This document shows, one piece after another, positions 1-11,570 of a stretch of 64,000 nt of DNA. Both the position numbers and the translations under genes were made by a program. Source of the stretch: Geosiphon pyriformis uo1 (Eukaryota > Fungi > Glomeromycota). The notes under the pieces are model-generated. The model made no database searches. It was given only the letters and a program-made list of their open reading frames with translations, and was not told the DNA's origin. Position 1 is the stretch's first letter; every line of letters begins with the position of its first letter. The stretch is taken from assembly GCA_016748015.1 (NCBI GenBank), contig JAAOMT010000735.1:320291-384290 (forward strand). The letters are read 5' to 3'.

Positions 1-99
1 ATAAATTGTTGTTTGTTTAGTTTAAAATCAACATACATATATAGTTAGTAAGGTATAGTAAAAACCTTATTTTCAAATTGTTTCTGAATCCACCAATTC

Positions 100-3000
100 T
101 GAATAAACAAACCATAATGTGTTTCAGAAATAATAAAATCTTTGTTAAGGAAGTTTATAGTGTATTATTAATTATGAGCTATATTATGACAAATGTTAAA
201 AAAAACAAAACATTTAAAAACAAAAAAAAAACTATAATAGGTATAATCATTAAATTTGATTATCATTTGTCAATTATTTAAACCAGATAATATTCAATCT
301 ATAAATTAAAGATTTTTAAATAAAATATGACTGAAAAGTATATTTAATATTTGATATTAAATTTTAAGAGTACTAATATAAGACATAGAATTATATCAGT
401 ATATTATTATTTGTTAACAGTATAAATTATCTTTTTACTTTCAAATTTTTTGGTTATCTTTTGAAAAAATTAGCAATTAAGATATTTTATAAGATTGATC
501 TTGTATATTAAATTCATATTTATTTAATTTGCTTTTTGAAATTAAATTCTTCTTTAATTTATTCTATTATCATACAATTCTATTTTTTCTTGCTATCTAT
601 TAGCTTATTACTCTAATTCATAACAATATAAAAAATAAAAAATAATAATAATAAGAATAATAATAAAAAATTTAATATTTGAGTTTTACTTAAAAACTTT
701 TTAACAATTTTTTATAGAATTTATTAATTTTTTTATTTTAGTTAATAAAATCTAATAAATAAAAATTTTTATTGCAAATACCACTAAAAAATTCATTTCT
801 ATTTTAAAAGATACTATTATTAAATATCTTAAAACAAAGCTAAAAAACATATTAATATTACAAAAAATTTTAAATTTCTTAAAAAGCATGCTTTACTGTA
901 AACTTATTTTAATAAATTGGCAATAACTATTAAAATTTTATCAATTTATGACAAAAAAATTGGCCAAATTAAACATTAAAACAATAAATTTTGATCAATA
1001 ATATCAATTAAAAGCATTAATTTTAAAATAATTTAATATATTTTTACAAAATATTAAATTTAAAAAAACCAACTTAGTTTAATACCAAATTTTTATTAAA
1101 AATACTAAATCTAAAAAACAACATATTTACTATATTTTATTAATAAAAAATTTAACTATTAATAAATTTATAATTTTTATCAATTATTTTAATAAGAAAA
1201 AAAATTTAAAAATTAAACAGCAAAACAATTAAAAACTTATATACAATATTATTAATTAACAAATTTTTGATGTTTTTAAAAAAACAAAATGGTTTTAAAT
1301 ATTTAACTTAACTAATAAATATTAATAAATAGAAATAGATTCAAAAAAACAAATATAAAACAGTATTTATCATACAAAATAACAATTATAAATTTAATAT
1401 AATGTTATTTGAATTAATTAATATTTCTGTAATATTTTAAAAATTAATAAATATAATTTACTCTAAAATTTTGTAACAATTTATTATTGTTTATTTAAAT
1501 AATATAAATGTTTCTTTACCAAAATTCACAAATTATTTTTAATATTTACAACAAATTTTTAAGAAATTAAAACACATTAAACTTAAATTAAATTTAAAAA
1601 AATATTTTTTTGAAAAAAATAAACTAGTATTCTTAAAATACATAGTTAAAAAAGATAAAATAAAACCAAATTTATCAAAAATAAACAAAATAAAAAACTT
1701 TTTAATACTTCAAAATATAATAAAAATCAAAAGTTTTTTAGAATTTGTATTTTACTATTATTACTTTATAGAAAACTTTTTAAATATTGTTAAACTTTTT
1801 AATTATTTACTATTTAAAAATATAAAATTTGAATAGACCAAAATACAACAAAATACTTTTAAGTATTTTATATAAAAACTTATTAAATTATTAATAATAA
1901 TCTATTTAAATTTTAACAAAAAATTTATTTTGGTTATAAATATTTTTAAAACTAGATTTGGTATTATTTTTTCTTAAAAAAATAACAATAAAAAAGAATA
2001 CATAATTGTTTATATCAATAAAAGTCTTAATACAACAAAACAAAACTATATAGTATATAAATTAAAATATTTAACAGTAGTTTGAAATTGTGTTTACTTT
2101 AATACATATTTATAGTATAAACTTTTTAATATTATTATAAATTATAAAAGTTTAGTTTAGTTAAATAACAAGAAAATATTAAAAAAAAGTATATTAAATA
2201 ATCACAAATATTAATATTATATAATTATATTATTAAATATAAAAAAAATACCAAAAATACCAATATCAATTATTTGTCAAAAATAAGACATATGTAAAAA
2301 TTACTAACCAATTTTTATTAAAAACAATGAATAATTATCTTTATAAAAACTTAAGTTAATATTTAAAACACTATAATTAAATAAAAACATGTTAATAGAA
2401 AAGCTAATTAAGTTTTAAGATATTATTTTATTCAAAATTACATATTTTATTATTAGAATTAACAAAATTCAAATAATTTATTAAAAGTTATAATTACAGA
2501 TAAAAAAACTATTTTATTTAATATGTACTTAGATATTTATTTAGACCATTTTAAAAAAACAGTAATTATTTAATATGTAATTAATTATTATTATTGACTT
2601 AAAATAAATTTAAATAAAAAATTGTAATTTATATTAATAAAAAAATGAACCAAAAATAACTAAATTATTAAGATTAATAAAAATTAAATAGTTATTTAAT
2701 AGAATTAGAATTGATTTAATTAAATTATTAATAATAACAAAAAATAATTATTATATTACAATAATAATAAATTATTTTACCAAATAACTAGAAATTAAAA
2801 TTATCAAAACAGTTAATACTATTTTAATAGCTTAATTTATACATAAAAACTTAATTTGTTGACATAAATATTCACAAAAACTGCTATTAAATTAAGATAT
2901 ATATTTTGTAAACAGTATTTTAAAAGAACTTAGCCAAAAATTTAGAATTAAACAACTACTATTATTATTATACTATTTATAAACAAATAAATTAATTAAA

Positions 3001-3545
3001 TAATTTAATCACACATTATGTAAATTATTGGCCAAAATTAGCAATAAACATATAAAAAATAAGATTTATTTATATTAGTAATACTATTAATATATAAAAC
3101 ATCAAAATAAAATATTATACAATTTATATTATTTAAATTAATTTTGAAAAAAAGCCATATTATCAATTAAACTTACTATTTTAATATATTTAAATAACAT
3201 TATTATTAAAAAATATTTTATAAAACATTATTTAAAAAAACATATAAATTAATAAAAACTTTAAAAAACAAACAACACAAAATATTAAATAATTATAAGA
3301 ACAACAAAAAATAAAACATGACAATCAATTATTAGATAATATAATTAACTATAAAATTAGAAACAAAATATTGTTGTATTATATTAAAACTAAAAAACAA
3401 AAGAGTAAAAAGTTTGATTACAAGTAAAATAAATTATTTTATATTTATAAAATACTTAAAAATAAATTATATAAATTAAGATTAAATAAAAAAATATTTA
3501 AAAAAAACAATAGATAATAATTGATTAAAATTATATTATAGTAAG
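100..3545 (+). mobile_element. Ty3/Gypsy LTR-retrotransposon pol relic (probable protease remnant, RT, RNase H, integrase, GPY/F), extremely C>T/G>A-mutated
   Basis: Manual translation gives decayed motifs in Gypsy order. RT: 'FNIMLFELINISVIF*KLIN' (= FNVMPFGLTNAPATFQRLMN, ~1390-1450) and 'VYLNNI' (= VYLDDI, 1489-1506). Linker: 'FLKYIV..DKIKPNLSKI...SFLEFVFYYYYFIENF' (= FLGHIV..DGIKPDPSKI...SFLGLASYYRRFIENF). RNase H: 'FILVINIFKTRFGIIFS*...IIINYKSL' (~1921-2160). Integrase: 'LFNRIRIDL...NYFTK*LE...TNKLIK*FNHTL' (~2690-3020). C-terminus: 'K*NKLFYIYKIL..KLYKL' (~3420-3480). No LTR could be identified; boundaries approximate. Confidence 0.88.
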
Positions 3546-3773
3546 CCAGTAATAACAACACAAATACTCAGAATTAAAACACAATTATTATTAATATTAT
3601 TAAATCAGATTCTATAAGATTTAAAATTAATAGTTTTAATTAAACATTATTCAAAAGATAATTAATCTTAAATTACACTAAAAACGACTTAACAAGCATA
3701 AAAACTTATGTAAAAAAATTCAAAACAATAATTAAAAATTAAAACAATAACATTTATTTTAAAAAATATTAGC

Positions 3774-3793
3774 NNNNNNNNNNNNNNNNNNNN
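3774..3793. other. Assembly gap (20 N)
   Basis: Run of n characters. Confidence 1.
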
Positions 3794-4050
3794 ACAAATT
3801 AATAATACAATATTAAACTACTATAATAATTTAAAATTTAATAAAAAAATTAACTTTGATTTTAATGAAGCTTAATTTAAAAAAAAAAATTATAAAATAA
3901 TATAAATTATCTAATTATAATATAGCATAGTAATAATTTTAAAATAATAATTAAAAAATAAACTTCTTTCTTTCTTACCTTCCCAAATTCCCAAAAAGCG
4001 CATTTTCTGGAAAAAGAAGTTTTTTGTATTTTTTTTTAGTCTATATCAAT

Positions 4051-5946
4051 ATTTTTTTACCTAATAGTAACCCATTTTTCGTGGATATAGAGGCTACTGC
4101 TAGTAGCACCACACCTAAGAAGAAGGCTCCTAAGGGTGCTTTTCAAGGTTCTACTGGTGACTCCTTTTCTCAAAAAAAAAAGGTTGTTCTTAGTAATGTG
4201 AAACATTCTGGTAATGAAAAGAATATATTCTTGAGCAAAGCTGGATCTAGTGGCAGTGTGTATTCTGATGTAAAGAGTCTCTTTGGTGAGGATGAGGATG
4301 TTAACATGTCTGGAATGGATGGTGGGTTTCTTTTGGGTTCAGTGACTACTACACTCAAGGCAAAATGAGTTAATACTGGTGTTGGTTTTGGTTCTATGCT
4401 TGGCTTTTCTAATTTTCATATGGATGATGATAAAGTTGTGCTCCCTCCTCACTTGCCTATCTCTTTAGAGAAGAAATGGATTGACCTTAAAATTATTAAG
4501 ACTCCTGTGGAAGTGTTAGTTAAAAAGTCATTTGCTTTGGATATTAATCTCTCAGCTGTGGAGGGTAAATCGGCAACGGCTAAGACTCAGTTAATTAGAA
4601 AAATTTTCTCAACAGTCAATGGTTTTGGGGGGATCACTACCCCCTCAAAATTTAAAGGGATCATCAGATCAACATTTACATCAGAGAAGAGCATAGAAAT
4701 GGCCATGTCATTGGCCAGAGAAAATAAGATCATCATAAACACCAATCTCAAAAAACAAGAAGTGCATTCAGATTGGGCTGTAGTGATCAAAAAAATTCCC
4801 ATGGACATGCCTAAGGATATGATTGTCACTGCAGTCACCAAGTTTGGTGAAATTAAGTCAATCAGAATTCAATTAATTGGAATGTGGCAAAAGGCTGTGG
4901 TAGAGTTTGTTGAATCAAGTCAAGCCAATCTGCTAGCATCAAAATGGTCATTCCTGATCAGAAAAGATTCAGTATGTGTTGCCAAAGCTGTGGGAGATCA
5001 TGATGTCTGGGCATTAAGAGATCAGTTTAAGGTGTTGTTGTTTACTTTGCCAGTGGGAACGACTGCACATGACCTTGGTACCCTTTTGGAAAAGACTGGA
5101 GGAAAGACTTGCATCATCAATTGTTCATTGAAAACTGGTAATAGATTTCATTGTGCTGTGGTTGGCTTTGAATCTAATGAGGAGTTGGAATTTGTTTTTC
5201 TCACTGAGCTTATTTTCAGTGGTGTTCATTTTTCTTGGGCTAGGTTAGATTTGGTTTGGTGTGGGAAGTGTGAGCATTTTGGTCATTTGGTCTTGGAGTG
5301 TGATGTCTCTGATGTTCTACCTCTTATATCTTCCGAGTTGTTGAAAAAATCTTCTCTTGGTGTGAATTGTCTTTAGCTGGCAAGATTGTATGCCAAAAAA
5401 AATGTTTCTATCTCTTGTCCTACTGCCTTTGGTAGCAAATCATGGGCTCAAGTGGTGTCTAGTGCCTCCTCTTCTGGTGGCTCTCCTTCCAGTTCTGGTT
5501 TGTTTTCTGGTGGCATGCCTCTTGTTGTGAGCCTCTCTAATTATCAGGTTGTTGGTTTAAATAATTGTTTGGTGGTTTTAGAATGCTCTTTGAGGATTCT
5601 TTCAGATCAAGTTTCTGTTATTCTTAAAAAATTGAGTTTCATTAAACTGGTGCCATTGGCAGCTTCTTTTTGTGCTCCTTCTTTGGCTGTTTCTGTGTCT
5701 TTGGCTCCAATTGTGAATTTGAATATGGCTCTGAATGACATGTTGGCTTCGGCTGATCCTTTTTTTTCTGGTAGTAGTGAATCTGCTACTGTTCTTAGTT
5801 CAAGTGGTTCAAAAGTCCTTACCTTCAAGATGGGTGGTTTGGAATCTAAGATGTCTGCCCTAAAGGCTTTGTTTGGTTCAATTCTGGTGAGATTAGATCT
5901 CTTGTGTTCTGGTTCAAGTTTGTTTTTGGTTTCTTCATCCCAATGA
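4051..5946 (+). pseudogene. LINE A ORF1 (nucleic-acid-binding protein, single CCHC knuckle), interrupted by stops
   Basis: ORF fragments 4024-4368, 4396-5376 and 5386-5946 share one frame and are homologous to ORF1 of the other copies. Start placed at the conserved ATT (see findings). Confidence 0.85.
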
Positions 5947-6911
5947 ATGACTTGATTTGGAAGGTGGCTACATGTAACGTTCATAACATCAACATTCCTG
6001 CTAAACAAGAGGATGTTGTACACTGGCATTTTGATTCTGGAAATTTGATTTCGATCATCACAGAGACAAAGTTAAGATCTTCAATTAGACTGTGGATTGC
6101 AAATAAATTTAATGGTGTGTGAATTTTCTCTTCGGGGTTGGATAAGGGTTTTCTTGGNNNNNNNNNNNNNNNNNNNNTGCCTTTGGTAGCAAATCATGGG
6201 CTCAAGTGGTGTCTAGTGCCTCCTCTTCTGGTGGCTCTCCTTCCAGTTCTGGTTTGTTTTCTGGTGGCATGCCTCTTGTTGTGAGCCTCTCTAATTATCA
6301 GGTTGTTGGTTTAAATAATTGTTTGGTGGTTTTAGAATGCTCTTTGAGGATTCTTTCAGATCAAGTTTCTGTTATTCTTAAAAAATTGAGTTTCATTAAA
6401 CTGGTGCCATTGGCAGCTTCTTTTTGTGCTCCTTCTTTGGCTGTTTCTGTGTCTTTGGCTCCAATTGTGAATTTGAATATGGCTCTGAATGACATGTTGG
6501 CTTCGGCTGATCCTTTTTTTTCTGGTAGTAGTGAATCTGCTACTGTTCTTAGTTCAAGTGGTTCAAAAGTCCTTACCTTCAAGATGGGTGGTTTGGAATC
6601 TAAGATGTCTGCCCTAAAGGCTTTGTTTGGTTCAATTCTGGTGAGATTAGATCTCTTGTGTTCTGGTTCAAGTTTGTTTTTGGTTTCTTCATCCCAATGA
6701 ATGACTTGATTTGGAAGGTGGCTACATGTAACGTTCATAACATCAACATTCCTGCTAAACAAGAGGATGTTGTACACTGGCATTTTGATTCTGGAAATTT
6801 GATTTCGATCATCACAGAGACAAAGTTAAGATCTTCAATTAGACTGTGGATTGCAAATAAATTTAATGGTGTGTGAATTTTCTCTTCGGGGTTGGATAAG
6901 GGTTTTCTTGG
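5424..6911 (+). repeat. Exact 734-bp direct duplication (5424-6157 = 6178-6911) around a 20-N gap (6158-6177); most likely a scaffolding artefact
   Basis: Identical translated ORFs recur at a constant offset of 754, and the copies abut the N gap, whereas all real LINE copies differ substantially. Confidence 0.9.
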
Positions 6912-9900
6912 TGCTGGGGTGGCTATTATTATGGCCAACTCCTTGGCCTGTCATGTCACTAAGATTGAGAAGATTCTTGGTTGTGTTGTGGTGGTGCGTT
7001 TCTTATTCAAAGATAAGCTTTCAGTGTTTGTTGTTGGTTTGTATGCAGGTGCATCTTCTGGAAATTGTTTTGGTTAGGCTTTTGAAGTGAACTCTGTCAT
7101 TGCTAAGGCTGTTAACTCCAGCTGTTTCATTATTTTGGGTGGGGATTTCAATAAAAATGGATCTAGAAAAAGTGCAAGTTTCAAATTCTGTTTGGAGTTG
7201 GGTTTGGTCAATTTGTTTACTGGCCACCCTTTGGTCAGTAATTCTACATGGAGCAATTCTAGGGGGGTTGAAAAGACTATTGATTTCATTTTTGTTAGTA
7301 AGATTTTGGCTTCTGCTGTCACTGGCCATGGAATTGGCTCTGTTTCTGACTTTTTTGACACTGATCATTGTGCGGTTTCTGTCTCTGTTGGTTTGGGCAG
7401 CTTCTTAGACAGCTGGTTGAATAGCTTGCGCAAACAGGCTAACAAGGATTGCTGGAAGTTTTTCATTAAGACTGTTGATGAGACCAAATGGTCTCAGTTT
7501 AGAGACTGCACTTCTGCCAAGCTTTTGGCTGTGTCTGGTGAGTTTTCAGAAACTTTGGCTTATGCTGATGTGAATGGCATGTGAATATGTTTGGAAAAAG
7601 TGTTGGTGGATTCTGTGGATGAGATATTTTCGAGGCATTGGTTTAGTGAGTTTCAGTGTTCCAAGAACAAATTCTCTTCTAAGTTTTTTAGGTTAGAACT
7701 GTTAGTTGCTAAAGTTGTTAAAGGGCTGAGATTGGGCAATTTACAAAGAGTCAATCAGCTTATCAATATCTGGGCCAAACTAAATAGTGGTAAGGCTGCC
7801 ATGATTGCTAATATGATCCAGGATAGTAGCAAGTCTTCAGATGTCTTAAAGCAATTGTTATTGTTTCAGAAAGAATACAGGAAATCCAAGATGTACAAGT
7901 TAAAGTTGGCTAAGGAAGCTTCTGTTCAAAAGGCCATTGAGTGCCATATGGAAAAATTTTGTTCTGATAAGGGTGCAATGATTAGAAATGTGTTGGATCG
8001 GCCTTTCCACAAGGTAGTTCTTAATCATTTGGTTGTCAATGATGAATTGGTGTTGGAGCCGGGTATGGTGAAACTTGGTGTTGATGAGATCATGGAAAGC
8101 TGGACTAGGAAGAAGATGGTGCCTTTGGTTGTGTCTAACATCTGGGCTTATCAGTATGCTCTGTTGGATTATATAAGGGATGATGCTTTTTCAGGTATAA
8201 TGTGCTCAATTGATATGAGTGAGTTGCTTTTGGTGGTTAATAATTTACCTGATGGCAAGGCTGCTGGTCTGTCTGGTATTCCTAATGAGTTGTGGAAGCA
8301 CTGTGGTAACATGGTGTTGAAGTTTCTGTTGGGTTTGCTGAATTCATGTTTGACTGTGAGGAATGTGCCTGTTTTGTGAAAAAGAGCTTGGGTTTCCATA
8401 ATCCCTAAACCTTATGACTGGGATGGAATTCTCACAAACACTTGACCCATTGCTCTTATTGAGACAGCCAGGAAGATTCTCTCCAAGATTTTGTCAGATT
8501 GTATTTTTTTGGCATGCAGCAAGTTCAGTGTTCTTTGAGATGATAATTTCTCGGTGTTTAAGGGTACTTCTACACAATCTCTGGTGTTTGCAATTGGGTC
8601 TGTGATTGAGGATGCCCTTAAAAAAAACAGGGAGGTTTGGATGGTCTTGCAGGATATGCACAAAGCATACAACTCAGTTGGATGACACTACTTGAGAGTG
8701 AACTTGCAGCATATCAAAATGTGTGAGAAATTTGTGTCATTTTTTGGTAGCATTCATAAGAATAGAGTTAATAGGGTAATGATAGACTTTGGGCTTTCAA
8801 ATAGTTATGTGGTGCATGATGGGTTAGATCAGGATGAGGTCTTCTCACCCCTCTTGTGGAAAATTTTTTATAACCCACTTCTGTGTGAAGTTAAAAGGCA
8901 TGAACAGTTTTTTGGATACTGAATAGATTCCAGGTTCGTTTTGAGGTCAGGCTGTATTGAGAGTGGTGGTGAGTTCTCTTCTTATTTTGCAGCTGGTGCT
9001 TTTGTTGATGATACAATATGAGTTAGAAACTGTCAAACTGCTACTCAGAATATTTTGGACATTGCAAGTGGGTTTTTTGTCCTTAATGACATTTTTATCA
9101 ACAATGAAAAGACTGTGGTCATTCTGATCAATCAGAGTGTTAGGGTTGCTTTTTTGTATATTAATAGTCTTCCCATCTTAATTGCTAAAAAGGGAGAGAC
9201 TCATCATTATCTGGGGATCTTTCTATCTACTAATGGGCTTTCAAAGCCAAGTCTGGCCAAGGCATATTCTGATGTTTGTTTTTTTACTAATGTAGTTCTT
9301 AGAAAGGCTATTACTAATAAGCAGTTTTTATATTTGGTGTTGGCCGTCTTGCAGCCTATTGTCAACTATCACACTCAGTTTAGCTTTGTTTTGTCATCTG
9401 TATGCTGTAAATGAGATGTAATGTTGAGAAAAAGTCTTAAGTCCAAAGCTGGTTTGCTTCGTGATTTCTCCACTGAGGCTTTGTGTCATCCCTCTTTGTA
9501 TGGCCTAAAATCTTTTGAGCAGATGCAGTCTGAAGGAAAGTTGGCTGCCTTAATCTCATTTTCCAATTCTTTTGGTGTTCTTGGATGTTTGTTTGAGCAT
9601 AGATTTCTTGATTTGCAGGTTTTGGTATGGTCTCCTCTGAACTCTTTACAGTTTCCTGTTAAATTGTGTGTTAGTCCTGTAAATAATTTTCTGGCTGGTG
9701 TGATTAAAATTTTTCTGTGTAACAAGCTGTCTCTGGCCAATAATTTATTTAATATGTTCCATAGTCCTGGTCACTTTTCTGTGTCTTCTATTCTGGGGGG
9801 TTCTCTATTCTTCAATTCTGTTCATTCATTAAAGCAGTTTGGTGTGGCTTTTGGTAATAAACTGTTTGACAAAAAAGGGTGTGTTATGAGTTGTAAAACT

Positions 9901-11387
9901 TTTTGGTGCTGGAAAAGGCTGGATCCAAGGGGTCCTGCTTCTTACTGGTTTAAGGTGGTGTCTGAGTTTCTTTGTGGTGGGAGCACTTCTATGGCCATCT
10001 CTGTGAAGTCTGTTTGTCCTTTTAGTTTGAGCGTTTTGGATACCAAGGAGTTTTCTGTTGTTCAAGATGGGTTGCATAAGATTTGGTCTGGTTTTTTTAA
10101 GGTTTTTACAAATGATTCTGTTAAGAATTATGGTCGTGCTAATGTAGCCAGTGGAGTGGCTGCTTATTTTTTTGCAATTGATTTGAGTGTTGGCATTAGG
10201 GTTCTTAGGCTGTTGTCTTCTACTATGGCCAAACTGCAGGCCATTGTTTTGGCTTTGGAGTGCATTTCTTCTTTTTGTTCTGTTGTACTGCATTCTAATA
10301 GTCAGACAGCCATTAATGCATGCGTTTCTGAAATGTCATTATCTGTGTCTGATTTCTGCTCTTTATATTGGTTGGAAAGGCACCGGATTTTTAATTTGGT
10401 TTGTGACAAGGATTTTTCTGTTTATTGAGTCAAGATTAAAAGACATTCTGGGGTTCATGGCAATGTTAAGGCAGATGCTGCTGCTGAAGACGCTGCTCTC
10501 TCTTAATTTTCTTTGCCTGTTGGTGTCAGTGAGTGTTTTTTGGTTGCTAAAAACACACTTGTGTCTGGCAATGCTTATCATTTTATTCGGAATTTGTTTA
10601 GATCCATTTGTTATGCTTGGTGGAAAGTGGGCCCTGGTTGAGATGTGGTTCCTGCCATGTTGACTGAAACTGTTGATTGGGAAGCTACCATTAGGATGTG
10701 GCATTCTGATTTGCATATGCTTGCTGGTTTTACTAGTTAGAAGTCTTCTTATCTTTACACCTATTTGATAAAGGCTGTGCACCATCAGATGCCTGTGGTG
10801 GTAAGGAAACAGCTGTATGATAAATGTTACCCTGGTGTGCTGTGTTTGCTGTGTTGTGAGGTGGAGTTGTCTGATCATGTTTTTACGTGTTCCCATAACA
10901 CGGAGATTCAGAGAGAGATTTTGGCTGCTACTTTTGCTGACTGAGTGTTCTTTGCTGAATCTTGTAGCTTGTTGTCTTCTGGTGTTTTGTGGTTTTTTAA
11001 TTGGTGTTTTTTAGATGTTGGCTTGTATTCTGTCTTGTGTAAGAGGTTTGTGTTGAGAGATTGGTGTGCAGAGGCTATGGAAGTTCTTGATAGTAAAAAG
11101 AAGGCTGTTAGTGTTGTAGTTGGTTTTGTTGGGCGTTTTGTTGAGTTGTACCACTCAAGAGCCTGGTTGGTGAGGTCTGTGTACAGGGTGAAAATAGAGA
11201 CAGCAGGTTTGGTTAGTGATGACATGTTGATTTTTGGTTTGTCTCATTGTATAAACTCTTTGTTGTCTGACAAGGTGGTAAGAATGCTTGGTGTTATTGG
11301 CTCTTTTGCTATTAGTTTTGGCCGTTGTAAGTCTTGTCTCCTTTCTCTGGTTTGGATGGTAGTCCACATGTTTTTTTAGGTGTGTAA
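6697..11387 (+). pseudogene. LINE A ORF2 (APE endonuclease, RT, RNase H, CCHC) with many nonsense codons
   Basis: ORF fragments starting at 6658, 6892, 7087, 7591, 8692, 9055, 9421 and 10945 are all in the same frame; stops fall largely at Trp/Gln/Arg codons. Confidence 0.9.
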
Positions 11388-11570
11388 TGTTGTCTTGTCT
11401 GGCCTGAGTGGCTAGCCACATATAAAAAGTGTGTGAGCTGCATTTAGTTTAAGCCTCTTAGTTTGGCTTTATGTACTAGATAGCAGTTGGGCTTCATTCA
11501 TTAATCGCATTAATAAAAAAATAATAATTAATATAATAACAAATATTATTTTATAATAACAGCAAACATT

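Larger units (their letters stand above)
3955..11520 (+). mobile_element. LINE copy A: full-length non-LTR retrotransposon, divergent subfamily, decayed
   Basis: ORF1 with CX2CX4HX4C knuckle (CGKCEHFGHLVLEC). ORF2 with APE endonuclease (TCNV, ETKL, GGDFN, TIDF, DH), RT (QDMHKAY, AFVDD, YLGI), RNase H and C-terminal CLLCC.VE..DHVF.C. 3' AATAAAAAA tail. Candidate 14-bp TSD AAAATAATAATTAA at 3941-3954 and 11518-11531. Confidence 0.95.

Noticed and set aside
78-281. 67-aa ORF as a host gene
   Set aside because: Non-ATG start and K/I/N-rich composition; it lies at the start of the hypermutated Gypsy relic.
5424-6911. Tandem duplication of the ORF1/ORF2 junction in LINE A as a biological event
   Set aside because: The copies look identical and straddle a 20-N gap, typical of unmerged overlapping contig ends. 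Long reads would settle it.
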